A DNA stretch of 64,000 nucleotides from an uncultured Actinomycetota bacterium (GCA_963820655.1 CAWGAM010000002.1:1631868-1695867); one strand, 5' to 3'; positions 41,963 through 53,570 are shown, numbered from the stretch's first letter. Translations and numbers: made by a program. The notes: generated by a model not told the origin, from the sequence alone.

Positions 41963-42211
41963 ATGGGGACCGAGCGGTCGGCGGAGATGGTTGCGGCGTT
42001 GCGGGTGCTGGAGTCGGCCGACTTCGAGCAAGGGACCAGGGAAGAACGTCTGGCCGCGTTCGCGCGGGCCCGGCAGGAGATCTGGGCGATCGCGGATCGG
42101 GCCGGAGCCGACAGCACCGCGATTCGGGCCCTGACGCGAGGGCTGGAGTCGTCGGAACAGTTGCTGGCCGACGGCGCACCCTGGGATGAGCCGCCGGCTG
42201 CCGGCGGCTGA
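41963..42211 (+). CDS. small hypothetical alpha-helical acidic protein (82 aa)
   Basis: MGTERSAEMVAALRVLESADFEQGTREERLAAFARARQEIWAIADRAGADSTAIRALTRGLESSEQLL. A GGAAGG Shine-Dalgarno sequence lies 7 nt upstream, and the stop is 3 nt from the next gene. Confidence 0.4.
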   Translation: MGTERSAEMVAALRVLESADFEQGTREERLAAFARARQEIWAIADRAGADSTAIRALTRGLESSEQLLADGAPWDEPPAAGG

Positions 42212-42234
42212 CCGTGGCCGACAGCGAGGACATG

Positions 42235-43359
42235 GTCCGGGTCGATCCGTCGTCGAAGACGTATCAGGAATTCGCCCGTCTCTACCGGATCGCCCAGGAG
42301 CTGCGCCCCGGTGGTGCGAACGGCTGGAACGGCGAGTTGTACGCCCGCAGCGACGCCAAGTGGGGCGGTCTGGCCACGGACGGCTCGATCCGGCTGAACC
42401 AGCGCCTGGTCCTCGACCAGCTCACCGGCGGTGCACCGAGCGCCGACCCGCAGGCCCAGGCGCAGGCACTGGCGACGGTGCTGCACGAGTCCAAGCACAC
42501 CCGTTCGCCGATGGACGCCAAGAACGAGCCGAACGCCGTACGGGCCGGCACCTCGATCGCATTGAACGAGGCATTCGTCGAGATCAGCACGATCGACGAC
42601 TTCAGGGACTTCGCGGACCAGGCCGGGTACAGCGGTGTGCCCGATCCCGAGCCTGAGTACCAAGGCGCGGTGCACGCCGGCAACGAGTTGCTGAACCGCG
42701 CGACGACCTCGGCGCAGGAGCGCCGGCAACTGGTCCACACCGCGGTGGACCAGCCGACCGCCATGGGGTGGGACGTCGTTGCCGACAGCATCGTCCGCAA
42801 CGAACTGGCGGACGTGGTGCCGCCGGATCCGGAGCACCAGCAGGCCGCCCGCGCACATCTGGTCAACCAGATGTCGATCCCCGAGTGGCAGGGCGTCCAG
42901 GACCGGCCAGGCCGCGGCGACATGGTGGCCCGGCTGACGGTGGAGGGCACCGATCGGGCGGTCGGTCAGCTCCGGGACCACTACCGGCAGAACCCGGGCG
43001 AGCCTTACCCGGCGAAGGTGCCCAACCCGGCCGCTGCGGCCTCCGCGGAAATGCGGAACGGTGAGCGGCAGCGGTCCATCACCACCGCGGTCGGGGCTCA
43101 GCACCAGCCGGCTGGTCGCGCCGAGGCGGTGGACCTCGCCAAGTTGCCTCCGCCGGATGCCGCTGCTCGAGTCTCGGCCGGGGCCGGACAAGGCGATGCG
43201 ATGCGGTTCCTGCGGGATCAGGCGCCGGCTGCCCGGGCGACCGAACGCCGGCCGGACCTCGGGGACGGATCCCGGGGCGCGGGAGCTCCGGCAGGTGCGG
43301 CGGTCAGCCGGCCGGCCGCAGATCGGGGCGCGTCGCCGACCGACCTGGGACGCAAGTAG
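42235..43359 (+). CDS. hypothetical protein with an HExxH (putative minimal zincin-like) motif and a low-complexity Ala/Pro/Gly-rich C-terminus
   Basis: MVRVDPSSKTYQEFARLYRIAQ...WGGLATDGSIRLNQRLV...LATVLHESKHTRSP...NEAFVE. The HESKH motif is at nt 42484-42498, and a downstream Glu could be the third ligand. No signal peptide is present. Confidence 0.45.
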   Translation, partial: VRVDPSSKTYQEFARLYRIAQELRPGGANGWNGELYARSDAKWGGLATDGSIRLNQRLVLDQLTGGAPSADPQAQAQALATVLHESKHTRSPMDAKNEPNAVRAGTSIALNEAFVEISTIDDFRDFADQAGYSGVPDPEPEYQGAVHAGNELLNRATTSAQERRQLVHTAVDQPTAMGWDVVADSIVRNELADVVPPDPEHQQAARAHLVNQMSIPEWQGVQDRPGRGDMVARLTVEGTDRAVGQLRDHYRQNPGEPYPAKVPNPAAAASAEMRNGERQRSITTAVGAQHQPAGRAEAVDLAKLPPPDAAARVSAGAGQGDAMRFLRDQAPAARATERRPDLGDGSRGAGAPAGAAVSRPAADRGASPTDLGRK

Positions 43360-43448
43360 CGCCGCTTGGGCCACATCCGTTGACAACAGGGGTTCGCGAC
43401 GGCCAGCATCTAACCGGCTGATGAGGTTCTACAGGTTATGAGGTTGGC

Positions 43449-44340
43449 GTGGGGCGAAGTCGGGTGGTGGTGGACGGGCCGTCCAACCTGGGCTTGCGGG
43501 CACCGGTGGTGGGGGCGGTGCCGGGGTGCTACAAGTTGGCAGGGGCGATCAGGGATCAGGGATTCTTGGGGCGGATCGGGTCGGAGGATGCCGGGTGTGT
43601 GACGCCGCCTCGGTATGACCGGGCGGGGTGGAAGCCGGGGGACGGAGTGTTCAACGCGCCGCAGATGGCGTCGTACACGGTGAAGCTGGCGGATCGGGTG
43701 GGCAAGCTGTTCGACGAAGGACAGTTCGTGGTGTTGCTAGGAGGTGAGTGCAGCAACCTGCTCGGGCCGGCGTTGGCGATGAAGCGACGGGGGCGATACG
43801 GAGTGGCGTATCTCGACGGCCACTCGGACTTCCGGACCGTCGACAACGCGCCGTACGTCGGGGCCGCGGGAGGCGAGGCGCTCGCACTCACTCACCGGGC
43901 GCGGGCAGGCGGATCTCACGAACCTTGAGGACCTCGGCCCTTACACGCAGGACGCCGACGCAGCGCTTCTCGGGATCCGGGCAGATGACGAGTACGTCGG
44001 GGACGTTGAGAGGGCCGGGATTCCGGTGTGGCCGGCGCTGACGATCGCAGCGGATCCCCCGAAGGCGGCGGCTCAGGTGCTCGAGCACCTGCAGCGAGAC
44101 GAGCTCGACGGGTTCTGGGTGCATCTGGATGTGGACATCCTCGACGCCGCGGTGATGCCCGCAGTCGACAGTCCCGATCCGGGCGGCATCGACCATGCCC
44201 AGCTCCAGGCCCTGCTGCGACCCCTGCTGGCCTCCCCCACGTGTGTCGGGATCGACATCGGCATCTACGACCCGGATCTCGACCCCGACGGCATCTACGC
44301 GGCCGAACTCACCGACACGTTGGTGGCGTCCTTCAGCTGA
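43449..44340 (+). CDS. arginase/agmatinase/formimidoylglutamase-family ureohydrolase; one frameshift near 43900
   Basis: VVLLGGECSNLLGPALAM...VAYLDGHSDF then a frame change to WVHLDVDILDAAVMPAVDSPDPGGID, which are the Mn-binding Asp/His motifs. Confidence 0.7.
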
Positions 44341-45367
44341 CCCAGACCAGCCCCTGGCCATGCGCCTCGGCCCGGCCGAGGACCTGCCGCTTCCCGCCCG
44401 GCCACGTGTGCAGGTCGACCAGGACCTCGTACGACGTTCCCTGCCGCTGCGGTTCGAGCCGGAGACGTGCCAACGGCGCAGACCCGGAAGCCTGCGAACC
44501 AAGCTCCGTCAGCCGATCGTCCACAGCTTCCCGATCGTCCTGACTCAAGTACTGCCACATGATCGAGTGCCACACCACGGTCACGTGTCCCGGCGACAGC
44601 TCGAGCCCGTTCACGAACGAGACGGCGTTCTCCCGTCGTACGTCGGCCGGCACCTGCCGAGCGATCGCCAGCGCACCACGTAACCGCTCGAGCCGCTCAG
44701 CCATGTCGGGCCAGACGTACGACGTGACCGTACGAGCACCCTCTTCGGTCAGCGGGTTCACCGGCGCGATGTCGCAGCCCACCCGCTCCGCGATCCGCAG
44801 CGGCGCCGGCTTCAAAGACCGCCCGGACCACGCCGACTCGAACACCACTGGACTGTCCGCCGGCCCGTACGACGTCCCGTCCGCGACATAGCGGAACTGG
44901 TCAGCCCGCAGATTGAGCCCGGCACTCGCCCCGATCTCGAACAGCCGCACCGGCAACGGCACAGTCTCGACCAGCTGGAGCAGACCGCCGTAGAGCGCTG
45001 CCGCCCGGCCCACCTCGTTCGTCTGCGGCGGCTGAGTCAGCAACGACCGCAGTTCCCCGGGCCGCGACTCCAGGACCTGCGCGAACGCCTCCCACCCCAG
45101 CACGGGATCCCACACCCCACCGACGCTCGGGTAGAACGCGGCGAGCTCCGGTGCCTCTCCCGCCAGCACCAGCCCGTGCACAGCGCCGAGCAACCGCAGT
45201 CCGATCGCGTCACCGAACGAACGGCCCTCATAGCCCGCCAGTACCTCACCGGACGGGCCGCCCACCTCGTAGTCGTCCACGATCAGCCGAAGCAGTTCGG
45301 CGTACATCGGGGACCCTAGATCCTCGCAAGCGACGGCCTGGCGCTGAAGAGCCTCTACGACATGCAC
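44333..45367 (-). CDS. DUF2332 domain protein
   Basis: A 344-aa intact ORF, MHVVEALQRQAVACEDLGSPMYAELLRLIVDDYEVGGP... Confidence 0.6.
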   Translation of the reverse strand: MHVVEALQRQAVACEDLGSPMYAELLRLIVDDYEVGGPSGEVLAGYEGRSFGDAIGLRLLGAVHGLVLAGEAPELAAFYPSVGGVWDPVLGWEAFAQVLESRPGELRSLLTQPPQTNEVGRAAALYGGLLQLVETVPLPVRLFEIGASAGLNLRADQFRYVADGTSYGPADSPVVFESAWSGRSLKPAPLRIAERVGCDIAPVNPLTEEGARTVTSYVWPDMAERLERLRGALAIARQVPADVRRENAVSFVNGLELSPGHVTVVWHSIMWQYLSQDDREAVDDRLTELGSQASGSAPLARLRLEPQRQGTSYEVLVDLHTWPGGKRQVLGRAEAHGQGLVWVS

Positions 45368-45377
45368 ACAGCCGAGA

Positions 45378-47642
45378 CTAGAAGGTCAGACGATCCAGAA
45401 CCGACTTTGCCGTCGTACGCGCGTCCTCGTTCTCGAGCGGCGAGCCATGGCGGTCCGTGAGGTAGAAGACGTCCACACACTCGGCACCCAGCGTGCTGAC
45501 GTGTGCAGAGCGGATGTCAGCACCCGTCGAAGCTATGGCCGCCGTGACGTCGTACAGCAGACCCGGTCGGTCATGTGCCCGCACCTGCAGGACTGTGGCC
45601 GTCTCCGAAGCGCCAGGCAGCAGATCCACCCGGCTGGCCACCCGCTGCTTCATCGCCGACGAGTCGCGCGCGACCAAGCGCCGTACCAGATCGGTGTCGT
45701 CCCGCAGCGCCACCGCAAGCCGGTCACGCAGCCGCACCGGGTCAGGCGGCGACCCAGCCACCGTCCACTGCGAGATACCCAGCCCTTCAACAGATGTGAT
45801 GACCGCGGACCGCACAGCGAGCCGCTCCACAGCCAGTACGGCGGCAACAGTCGACAGCGTGCCCACCTGGTCAGGTACGGCGACGTTGACGCGCACGTCG
45901 CCGTGATGGTCGGTCACTGTGACACCCAGCCGCCCTACGCCGACCACCTGGTGCAACACCGGTACCGGGATCGGTGGGGCGTCGGTCCACATGCCCTCCC
46001 CTCCCCCGGACAGTTCACCGCGGACCCGCCGGCACAGCTCACCGACCAGACGCATCCGCCAGGGCGACGACGCAGCCGGACCCGCCGCCCGCGCATCGGC
46101 GTACGTGAGAGCCTCCAGCAGGTCGAGCGTTTCCGTGTCGCGGACGATGCCGACGACCAGATCCACAGTCATCGGGTCATCGAGATCCCGGCGGGTGGCG
46201 ACCTGGGCGAGCATGAGGTGCTGCCGGACCAGCAGCGCGATCCTGTCCGCATCCGCCTCGCTGAAGCCGATCCGCCGAGCCACCTTCCCAGCGATGACCG
46301 CACCGGTGACACTGTGGTCGCCCTCGACCGCCTTCCCGAGGTCATGGAGCAGTGCAGCGACCAGCAACAGGTCAGGCCGCCGAACATCCCGCACCATCTT
46401 CGAAGCCTCGACACAGGTCTCGAGCAAGTGCCGGTCGACGGTGAAGCGATGGATCGCCGACTGCGGCGGCCGGAACCGCACCGTGTCCCACTCGGGCAGG
46501 ATCCGCGAGATGTACCCGGCCTGGTCCAAGGCCTCCCACACTTCGAGCAGTCCGCTGCCCGCACCCAGCAAAGCGCAGAGCAGCCGCCTCGCCTCGCCGG
46601 GCCAGGGCTCTGGCAGCGCCATGGCGCTATTGGCCAACCGCCCGCACACAGCAGGCGACAGAACGAGCTCACGATCGGCAGCGACCGCAGCGGCCCGCAG
46701 CCCGAGTACGGCGTCCCGCTCCGGCCGCGCATCGGGCATCAGCACGACTTCACCCTCGTGCTGACCGACCCCTTCGTCGAGTGCCAGCAGCAACGGCCCA
46801 CCGGTCCGCTGCCGACGCCTGGACCGCGCCGGCTTGGTCATCAGGCTCTCGACCCGCCGCCACGACACATCACAGACGTGCGCGAGCGTGCGGCCGGTCG
46901 AGTACACGTGCCGGAGCAACTCGTCCCGCCCGGACAGACCGAGCCCGGTTGCGACCTCACCGGCCAGGTCGGCCACCAGTCTGTCGGTGGAACGACCGGC
47001 GACCGTGTGCAGTTCGTCGCGGATGTTCAGCAGGTCCAGCCGCGCCCGCTCCACGACCGGATGCGGTACGTCGACCAACCACGAGGCCACCAACGCGCGC
47101 AGTACGACGGCATCGCGCAGACCGCCGTACGCCTCCTTCAGGTCGGGCTCGGCGAGGTGGGCGAGCTCTCCGACGGTCGAGGCTCGGTCCCGGCACGCCT
47201 GCGCCAAGCCAGGCAGCCTGGAGCGAGCAGTACGCCGCCAGTCCGCCATCAGCACGGACCGCAGCTGCAGTGTGAGGTGCGAGTCCCCCGCGACGTGACG
47301 CGCGTCCAGTAGGCCGAGCGCGACACGAACGTCATCGGCTGCGGCCTGCCGGGCCTCCGCGATCGTCCGGACACTGTGGTCCAGCTTGGTCCGCGAGTCC
47401 CACAGCGGATACCAGATCTGTGCTGCCAGCTCGTCCACCCGTGGGTACCCCTCGACGTGCACGAGCATCACGTCGAGATCGCTGTACGGCGAGAGCTCCT
47501 CCCGGCCGTAGCCGCCGACCGCGACCAGCGCGACGCCCTCGGTAGGTACACCGAGGGCGTCACAGGCCTTGGAGAGGAGCAGGTACAGCAGCGCGTCGGC
47601 CTCCTCGGCACGAGCGCGCCGCTGTTCTGCTCGGTTCACCAT
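45378..47642 (-). CDS. glnD: [protein-PII] uridylyltransferase/uridylyl-removing enzyme GlnD
   Basis: The protein has NT domain GGYGREELSPYSDLDVM, HD domain ALLHDLGK, and two C-terminal ACT domains. Confidence 0.9.
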   Translation of the reverse strand: MVNRAEQRRARAEEADALLYLLLSKACDALGVPTEGVALVAVGGYGREELSPYSDLDVMLVHVEGYPRVDELAAQIWYPLWDSRTKLDHSVRTIAEARQAAADDVRVALGLLDARHVAGDSHLTLQLRSVLMADWRRTARSRLPGLAQACRDRASTVGELAHLAEPDLKEAYGGLRDAVVLRALVASWLVDVPHPVVERARLDLLNIRDELHTVAGRSTDRLVADLAGEVATGLGLSGRDELLRHVYSTGRTLAHVCDVSWRRVESLMTKPARSRRRQRTGGPLLLALDEGVGQHEGEVVLMPDARPERDAVLGLRAAAVAADRELVLSPAVCGRLANSAMALPEPWPGEARRLLCALLGAGSGLLEVWEALDQAGYISRILPEWDTVRFRPPQSAIHRFTVDRHLLETCVEASKMVRDVRRPDLLLVAALLHDLGKAVEGDHSVTGAVIAGKVARRIGFSEADADRIALLVRQHLMLAQVATRRDLDDPMTVDLVVGIVRDTETLDLLEALTYADARAAGPAASSPWRMRLVGELCRRVRGELSGGGEGMWTDAPPIPVPVLHQVVGVGRLGVTVTDHHGDVRVNVAVPDQVGTLSTVAAVLAVERLAVRSAVITSVEGLGISQWTVAGSPPDPVRLRDRLAVALRDDTDLVRRLVARDSSAMKQRVASRVDLLPGASETATVLQVRAHDRPGLLYDVTAAIASTGADIRSAHVSTLGAECVDVFYLTDRHGSPLENEDARTTAKSVLDRLTF

Positions 47643-49339
<1,697 letters not shown>

Positions 49340-49429
49340 CGATCTGGGGGTGGCCGGCGTCCTCAGTCGGGAGACTCCACAACGCCGGGGAGCCCGCACT
49401 CGGCCACACCGCAAACGGTGTCGGCGCGC

Positions 49430-49500
49430 CGTTTCAGCCGATCGGTCCGTTTGTTTCAGGCATGTGACAAAGCGGCCTCCCAGGTGACATCGAGGTGACA
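49430..49500 (-). promoter_or_regulatory. cluster of GlnR-box-like repeats (GTNAC-N6-GNAAC) upstream of amtB-glnK-glnD
   Basis: On the amtB strand the sequence reads GTCAC-ctcgat-GTCAC ... GTCAC-atgcct-GAAAC ... GAAAC-ggcgcgcc-GACAC, 90-170 nt upstream of the amtB ATG. Confidence 0.5.
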
Positions 49501-49581
49501 TCGGCCAAGGTGTGGCACTCTGGCCTGGACCACACGGGCCCGCAGCCGCGCCACTGCACCCGTCCGACCTGGGGACGAGAA

Positions 49582-50253
49582 ATGGAGACGAACCACGATG
49601 TGAGGCCGCGCCGCGGCCGACCACGGGATCCCGACGCCGAGCCGAGGATCCGCCAATACGCCCTCCAGCTGCTGATGGAGCGTGGGTTCGACGGGATGAC
49701 AGTCGACGATGTCGCCGAGGCCGCAGGAGTCGGCAAGGCGACGATCTATCGCCGCTGGGCGAGCAAGGAACTCCTCGCCAACGACGCGATGGCCGACCTG
49801 TTCGACCAGGAGATCCCGGATGCCGACACCGGCTCGATCGCCGGTGATCTGCGCGAGGTCTACCGCTTCGCCTTGAGTTTCGTGAACAGTGAAAGGGGAC
49901 TTGCACTGATCCGCCTCGCGGTCTCGGAGGCGAACCGTGATGGTCGGTCCGCAGCGATCTACCAAGAGTTCCTGCAGCGCCGGATCGCGCTCACCAGGGA
50001 CTCGCTGGAGCGGGCCCGGGACCGGGGCGAGCCGATTCGGAGCACCGCGGACCCGGCCCTGATGGTCGAGTGGCTCGCCGGGGTGTTCGTGGTCCGTGCA
50101 CTGACCGGGCAGCCGATGCCGGTGCCCGACGACACGGACCGCCTGGTGAACATCACCCTGCGGGCGATCATGAAGGACGGTTCACGGCCGGATGCCTGGT
50201 CCGACAGCAAGACCGTCCACTCCGAGTTCGGTGACTCGCCGCACTCTGCCTGA
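49582..50253 (+). CDS. TetR/AcrR family transcriptional regulator
   Basis: RIRQYALQLLMERGFDGMTVDDVAEAAGVGKATIYRRWASKELL. Confidence 0.8.
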   Translation: METNHDVRPRRGRPRDPDAEPRIRQYALQLLMERGFDGMTVDDVAEAAGVGKATIYRRWASKELLANDAMADLFDQEIPDADTGSIAGDLREVYRFALSFVNSERGLALIRLAVSEANRDGRSAAIYQEFLQRRIALTRDSLERARDRGEPIRSTADPALMVEWLAGVFVVRALTGQPMPVPDDTDRLVNITLRAIMKDGSRPDAWSDSKTVHSEFGDSPHSA

Positions 50254-51435
50254 GTACAGGTCCCAGGCCAAGACCCAGCCTCGGACCTCCAGCAGCGGAG
50301 TGTTGTCGCCGTACCAGCCGAGTACGGCGCAACAGCCCGGCTCACGCACGTACGCGCGGTCGGCCACGGGGCGTGGTGGCGTCCTCGGCGGCCCGGAGAT
50401 CGGTTCACCCAGCACCAAGAGGCGGCTGGGCACCCTCCGCAGGAGAGAGATCGCCGCCACGACCTGGGGTTGCGAGACCTTCGTCGGGACTTCGGGCAGA
50501 TCGTTGGCGATGAAGAGCCGCGCAGCCGTGCTGCTCGTCGAGAAGGTCTGCCCCACCCAGGACCGAACAGGCAGCGACAGAGCGCTGTCCTCGACCCACT
50601 CTCCACTGACCGTGTACCGCAGCACAGCGCCCGTATCCAGCCGGAACGGAGCTGTGATCGCATCGGGGTCCTGGGCACCGTTGACCTTGACCAGTGGTCC
50701 CTCGCCGAACCCGCCCTCGCCAACGAGGACGCGATAGGCCACACCAGGTCCGCTGACGAGTACGCGCTGCTCGTCACTGAGCCAGGACACACTGCGGACG
50801 TCGTCGGTCGGCAGAGCGTAGTGGCTGATCTCCGCTGTCCCGGCGTCGACGGTCACCAGCTCCCCCGGCTGCGGGAACGCGGCGATCCGGCCGTCGGGCG
50901 ACACTGCTCCCGGGCTCAACGGCGAACCGGTCGCGATCGCCACCAACGGCACGCTGGCGTGGGCCCACGAGGAATCGGCACCGAGCAGCAGCGGCTCGTA
51001 GATGCCGTCATGCCTTTCCAGCACAACAGCGGCGATCCGGTCTATCGGGTGCTCAGCGAGCGGTCGTGCGTTGTCCGGCAACTGCAGGCGGTCGCCGAGC
51101 GGCGTCTCGAGCCTGTCCAGGAACCGCTCGCTACCGGACGGCGGAGCCACCCAGTAGTCGATCCCGGCGATCTGTCCGGCCGGTGTGAGGTTGTCAGGCG
51201 AGTTGGTGGGCGGAGTGGTCGGCGGGACGAGCTCGGCGTTGTTGCCGGAGCTGACTCCGAACCCGATCGCGGCGATGACGGCAACGAGGACCACGACCAG
51301 CAGTCCGACGAGGACACTGCGGCGCCGGCGGCGCCGGATGGCGACACCCTCGGCCCAGGCCGCGTCCGCCAGGTCCGGCTCTGGTAGCCGACCGGCAGCC
51401 TGGGAGAGCAGCGGCTGGACGTCCTCGCGCCTCAC
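50182..51435 (-). CDS. membrane protein, putative anti-sigma factor with a large extracytoplasmic domain
   Basis: An N-terminal cytoplasmic segment (about 40 aa) is followed by the TM helix SVLVGLLVVVLVAVIAAIGFGV and a 340-aa extracellular domain. The gene is translationally coupled (ATGA) to the upstream ECF sigma factor. Confidence 0.5.
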   Translation of the reverse strand: MRREDVQPLLSQAAGRLPEPDLADAAWAEGVAIRRRRRRSVLVGLLVVVLVAVIAAIGFGVSSGNNAELVPPTTPPTNSPDNLTPAGQIAGIDYWVAPPSGSERFLDRLETPLGDRLQLPDNARPLAEHPIDRIAAVVLERHDGIYEPLLLGADSSWAHASVPLVAIATGSPLSPGAVSPDGRIAAFPQPGELVTVDAGTAEISHYALPTDDVRSVSWLSDEQRVLVSGPGVAYRVLVGEGGFGEGPLVKVNGAQDPDAITAPFRLDTGAVLRYTVSGEWVEDSALSLPVRSWVGQTFSTSSTAARLFIANDLPEVPTKVSQPQVVAAISLLRRVPSRLLVLGEPISGPPRTPPRPVADRAYVREPGCCAVLGWYGDNTPLLEVRGWVLAWDLYSGRVRRVTELGVDGLAVGPGIRP

Positions 51436-51890
51436 CGCGACCCTCCTTCCTCCACGTCATGCCGGTCCCCCGCGCCGAGGGCCCGGTTGAACCGGCTGAA
51501 GGCAGTCAGGCCGTGCGCGTGCGCCGCCGTGTACGACATGCCGAGCAGTTCGGCCACCTCGAACTCGGTGAGCTCCTCCAGATGCAGCAGTACGAACACC
51601 GTGCGCTGCACCGGCGTCAGCTCGGCGAGCGCGAGCTTGACCGGGTCGTCCTCGTCCGGGAACGCCTTCACCCGGTTCCACCGCGCCAGGGCCGGTTGGT
51701 ACAGCACCCGCTGGACGAACGCGTCCGGGTCGTCCACCCTGGTCCAGCGCAGCGACAACCGCGTGAAGGCGCGCAGCAGCGCCTCCTCGGCTCGCTCCGG
51801 ATCGCCGTACACGAGGTACGCCGTCCGGAGCCATCTGCCCTGCCGCGCATCGACGTACGAGGCGAACTCCGGGTCGACCGTGTCGCGCAT
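51432..51890 (-). CDS. ECF-type sigma-70 family RNA polymerase sigma factor (regions 2 and 4 only)
   Basis: Region 2 is YLVYGDPERAEEALLRAFTRL, and region 4 is LTPVQRTVFVLLHLEELTEFEVAELLGMSYTAAHAHGLTA. Confidence 0.8.
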   Translation of the reverse strand: MRDTVDPEFASYVDARQGRWLRTAYLVYGDPERAEEALLRAFTRLSLRWTRVDDPDAFVQRVLYQPALARWNRVKAFPDEDDPVKLALAELTPVQRTVFVLLHLEELTEFEVAELLGMSYTAAHAHGLTAFSRFNRALGAGDRHDVEEGGSR

Positions 51891-51916
51891 CCACCCTCCC
51901 GCCTCTATTCAACTCC

Positions 51917-52861
51917 TCAACTACTCCGGGCTGCTACCGCCAGACGGGTCTCTTCGGTGATCAGATCGAAGTTGATACCGGCGCCTGCCATCAGGCCGGC
52001 GGCCGCTGACGGCATCACCTGGGCCTTGGGGTCGGTCAGATTGCCGGCGGCGAAGACGCCCGGCACCTGTGTGGCCCCCATCGCGTCTACCTGGACGGCG
52101 GTGCCGATCAGGATCCCGTTGGACTCCAGGACGCTCGCCTCGACGCCCAGCTCGGCCAGGAAGTCCGCACGTGCACGCAGGGTGGTCTGGACGGCAAGAG
52201 CCTGCCGCGGGATGACCTTGCCGCTCTCGAGCCGGACCCCGGTGAGCTTGCCGTCCTCCACCTCGAGCTGCTCGACCTTCCCTGGTACGACGGCGATTCC
52301 GCGCGCCGCGAGCTCCTCCCACTGCTCGTCAGTCAACTCCGGTGCCGTGTGCAGGAACAGCGTGACGTCCTCACTCAACTGCCGGAACAGCTGCACCTGG
52401 TGCAGCGCCATCACACTGGTCGCCAATACGCCGATGGCCTGGTCCTGGACCTCCCAGCCGTGGCAATACGGGCAGTGCAACACGTCCTTGCCCCACTGCT
52501 CGGCGAGCCCGGGTACGTCGGGCAGTACGTCGGCCAGCCCGGTCGTCACCAGCAGTCGCCTGCCCTCGTACGTCGTACCGTCCGCAAGCCCGACCGTGAA
52601 GTCGCCGTCCCGGCGGGCCGTGGTCACGGTGCCGCTGACGATCTCACCGCCGTACCCGATGACCTCCTGACGGCCGATCGCGGTCAGCTCGCTCGGTGGG
52701 ATCCCATCCCGGGTCAGGTAGTTGTGCACACCCTCGGCCGGCGCGTTGCGGGGCGTGGCGTCGTCGATCACCAGCACCGAGCGGCGGGACCGCGCCAGCG
52801 CCAGCGCCCCACTCAGCCCGGCGGCTCCCCCGCCGACCACGATCACGTCGTACTTCTTCAT
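51917..52861 (-). CDS. NAD(P)/FAD-dependent oxidoreductase (thioredoxin-reductase-like)
   Basis: MKKYDVIVVGGGAAGLSGALALARS is a GxGxxG motif, with HCPYCHGWE (redox Cys motif) and VFAAGNL. Confidence 0.8.
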   Translation of the reverse strand: MKKYDVIVVGGGAAGLSGALALARSRRSVLVIDDATPRNAPAEGVHNYLTRDGIPPSELTAIGRQEVIGYGGEIVSGTVTTARRDGDFTVGLADGTTYEGRRLLVTTGLADVLPDVPGLAEQWGKDVLHCPYCHGWEVQDQAIGVLATSVMALHQVQLFRQLSEDVTLFLHTAPELTDEQWEELAARGIAVVPGKVEQLEVEDGKLTGVRLESGKVIPRQALAVQTTLRARADFLAELGVEASVLESNGILIGTAVQVDAMGATQVPGVFAAGNLTDPKAQVMPSAAAGLMAGAGINFDLITEETRLAVAARSS

Positions 52862-52939
52862 CTCCGGCTCCTCTCGCTGATGGTTCGAGGATCCGTGATG
52901 GTTTTCGATTTCGACAACTTTGTTTGCCACAATGGCAAC

Positions 52940-53518
52940 ATGGACACTCTCGACGACGTTCTCGAAGCGGTCGGGCCACGCTTGCGCGCGCTGCGGATCG
53001 AGCGCGGCACGACGCTGGCCCAGCTGTCCGAGTCGACCGGGATCTCGGTGAGCACGCTGTCCCGGCTGGAGTCCGGCCAGCGGCGACCGACACTCGAACT
53101 GCTGCTGCCACTCGCGCGCGCCCATCAGGTGCAGCTGGACGAACTGGTGGACGCTCCGCCGACCGGCGACCCGCGGATCCACGCGACGCCGATCAGGCAC
53201 CGGGCCGGCTCGGTCGTCGTCCCGTTGACCCGGCGGCCGGGCGGCGTACAGGCGTTCAAGCAGATCCTGCCGGAGGGCTACCCCGGCAATGACGTGGAAC
53301 AGAAGACGCACGAGGGCTACGACTGGATCTATGTGCTGTCCGGACGGATCCGGCTGAGACTTGGCGACCAGGACTTCGTGCTGACCGAGGGCGAGGTGGC
53401 CGAGTTCGACACAAGGGTGCCGCACTGGTTCGGCAACCCCGGTCCGGGACCGGCCGAGGCGCTGTGCCTCTACGGACCGCAGGGCGAGCGGATGCACGTC
53501 CGGGCGCGCACCCGGTAG
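52940..53518 (+). CDS. XRE-family HTH transcriptional regulator with a C-terminal cupin domain, divergent from the oxidoreductase
   Basis: The HTH is LRIERGTTLAQLSESTGISVSTLSRLESGQRRP, and the cupin region is DWIYVLSGRIRLRLGDQDFVLTEGEVAEFDTRVPHWF. Confidence 0.8.
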   Translation: MDTLDDVLEAVGPRLRALRIERGTTLAQLSESTGISVSTLSRLESGQRRPTLELLLPLARAHQVQLDELVDAPPTGDPRIHATPIRHRAGSVVVPLTRRPGGVQAFKQILPEGYPGNDVEQKTHEGYDWIYVLSGRIRLRLGDQDFVLTEGEVAEFDTRVPHWFGNPGPGPAEALCLYGPQGERMHVRARTR

Positions 53519-53570
53519 CCAGTAGGCTGCGGCGGTCTGTCAGGCGGTCCGTGACTGAGGAGGAACTGGT

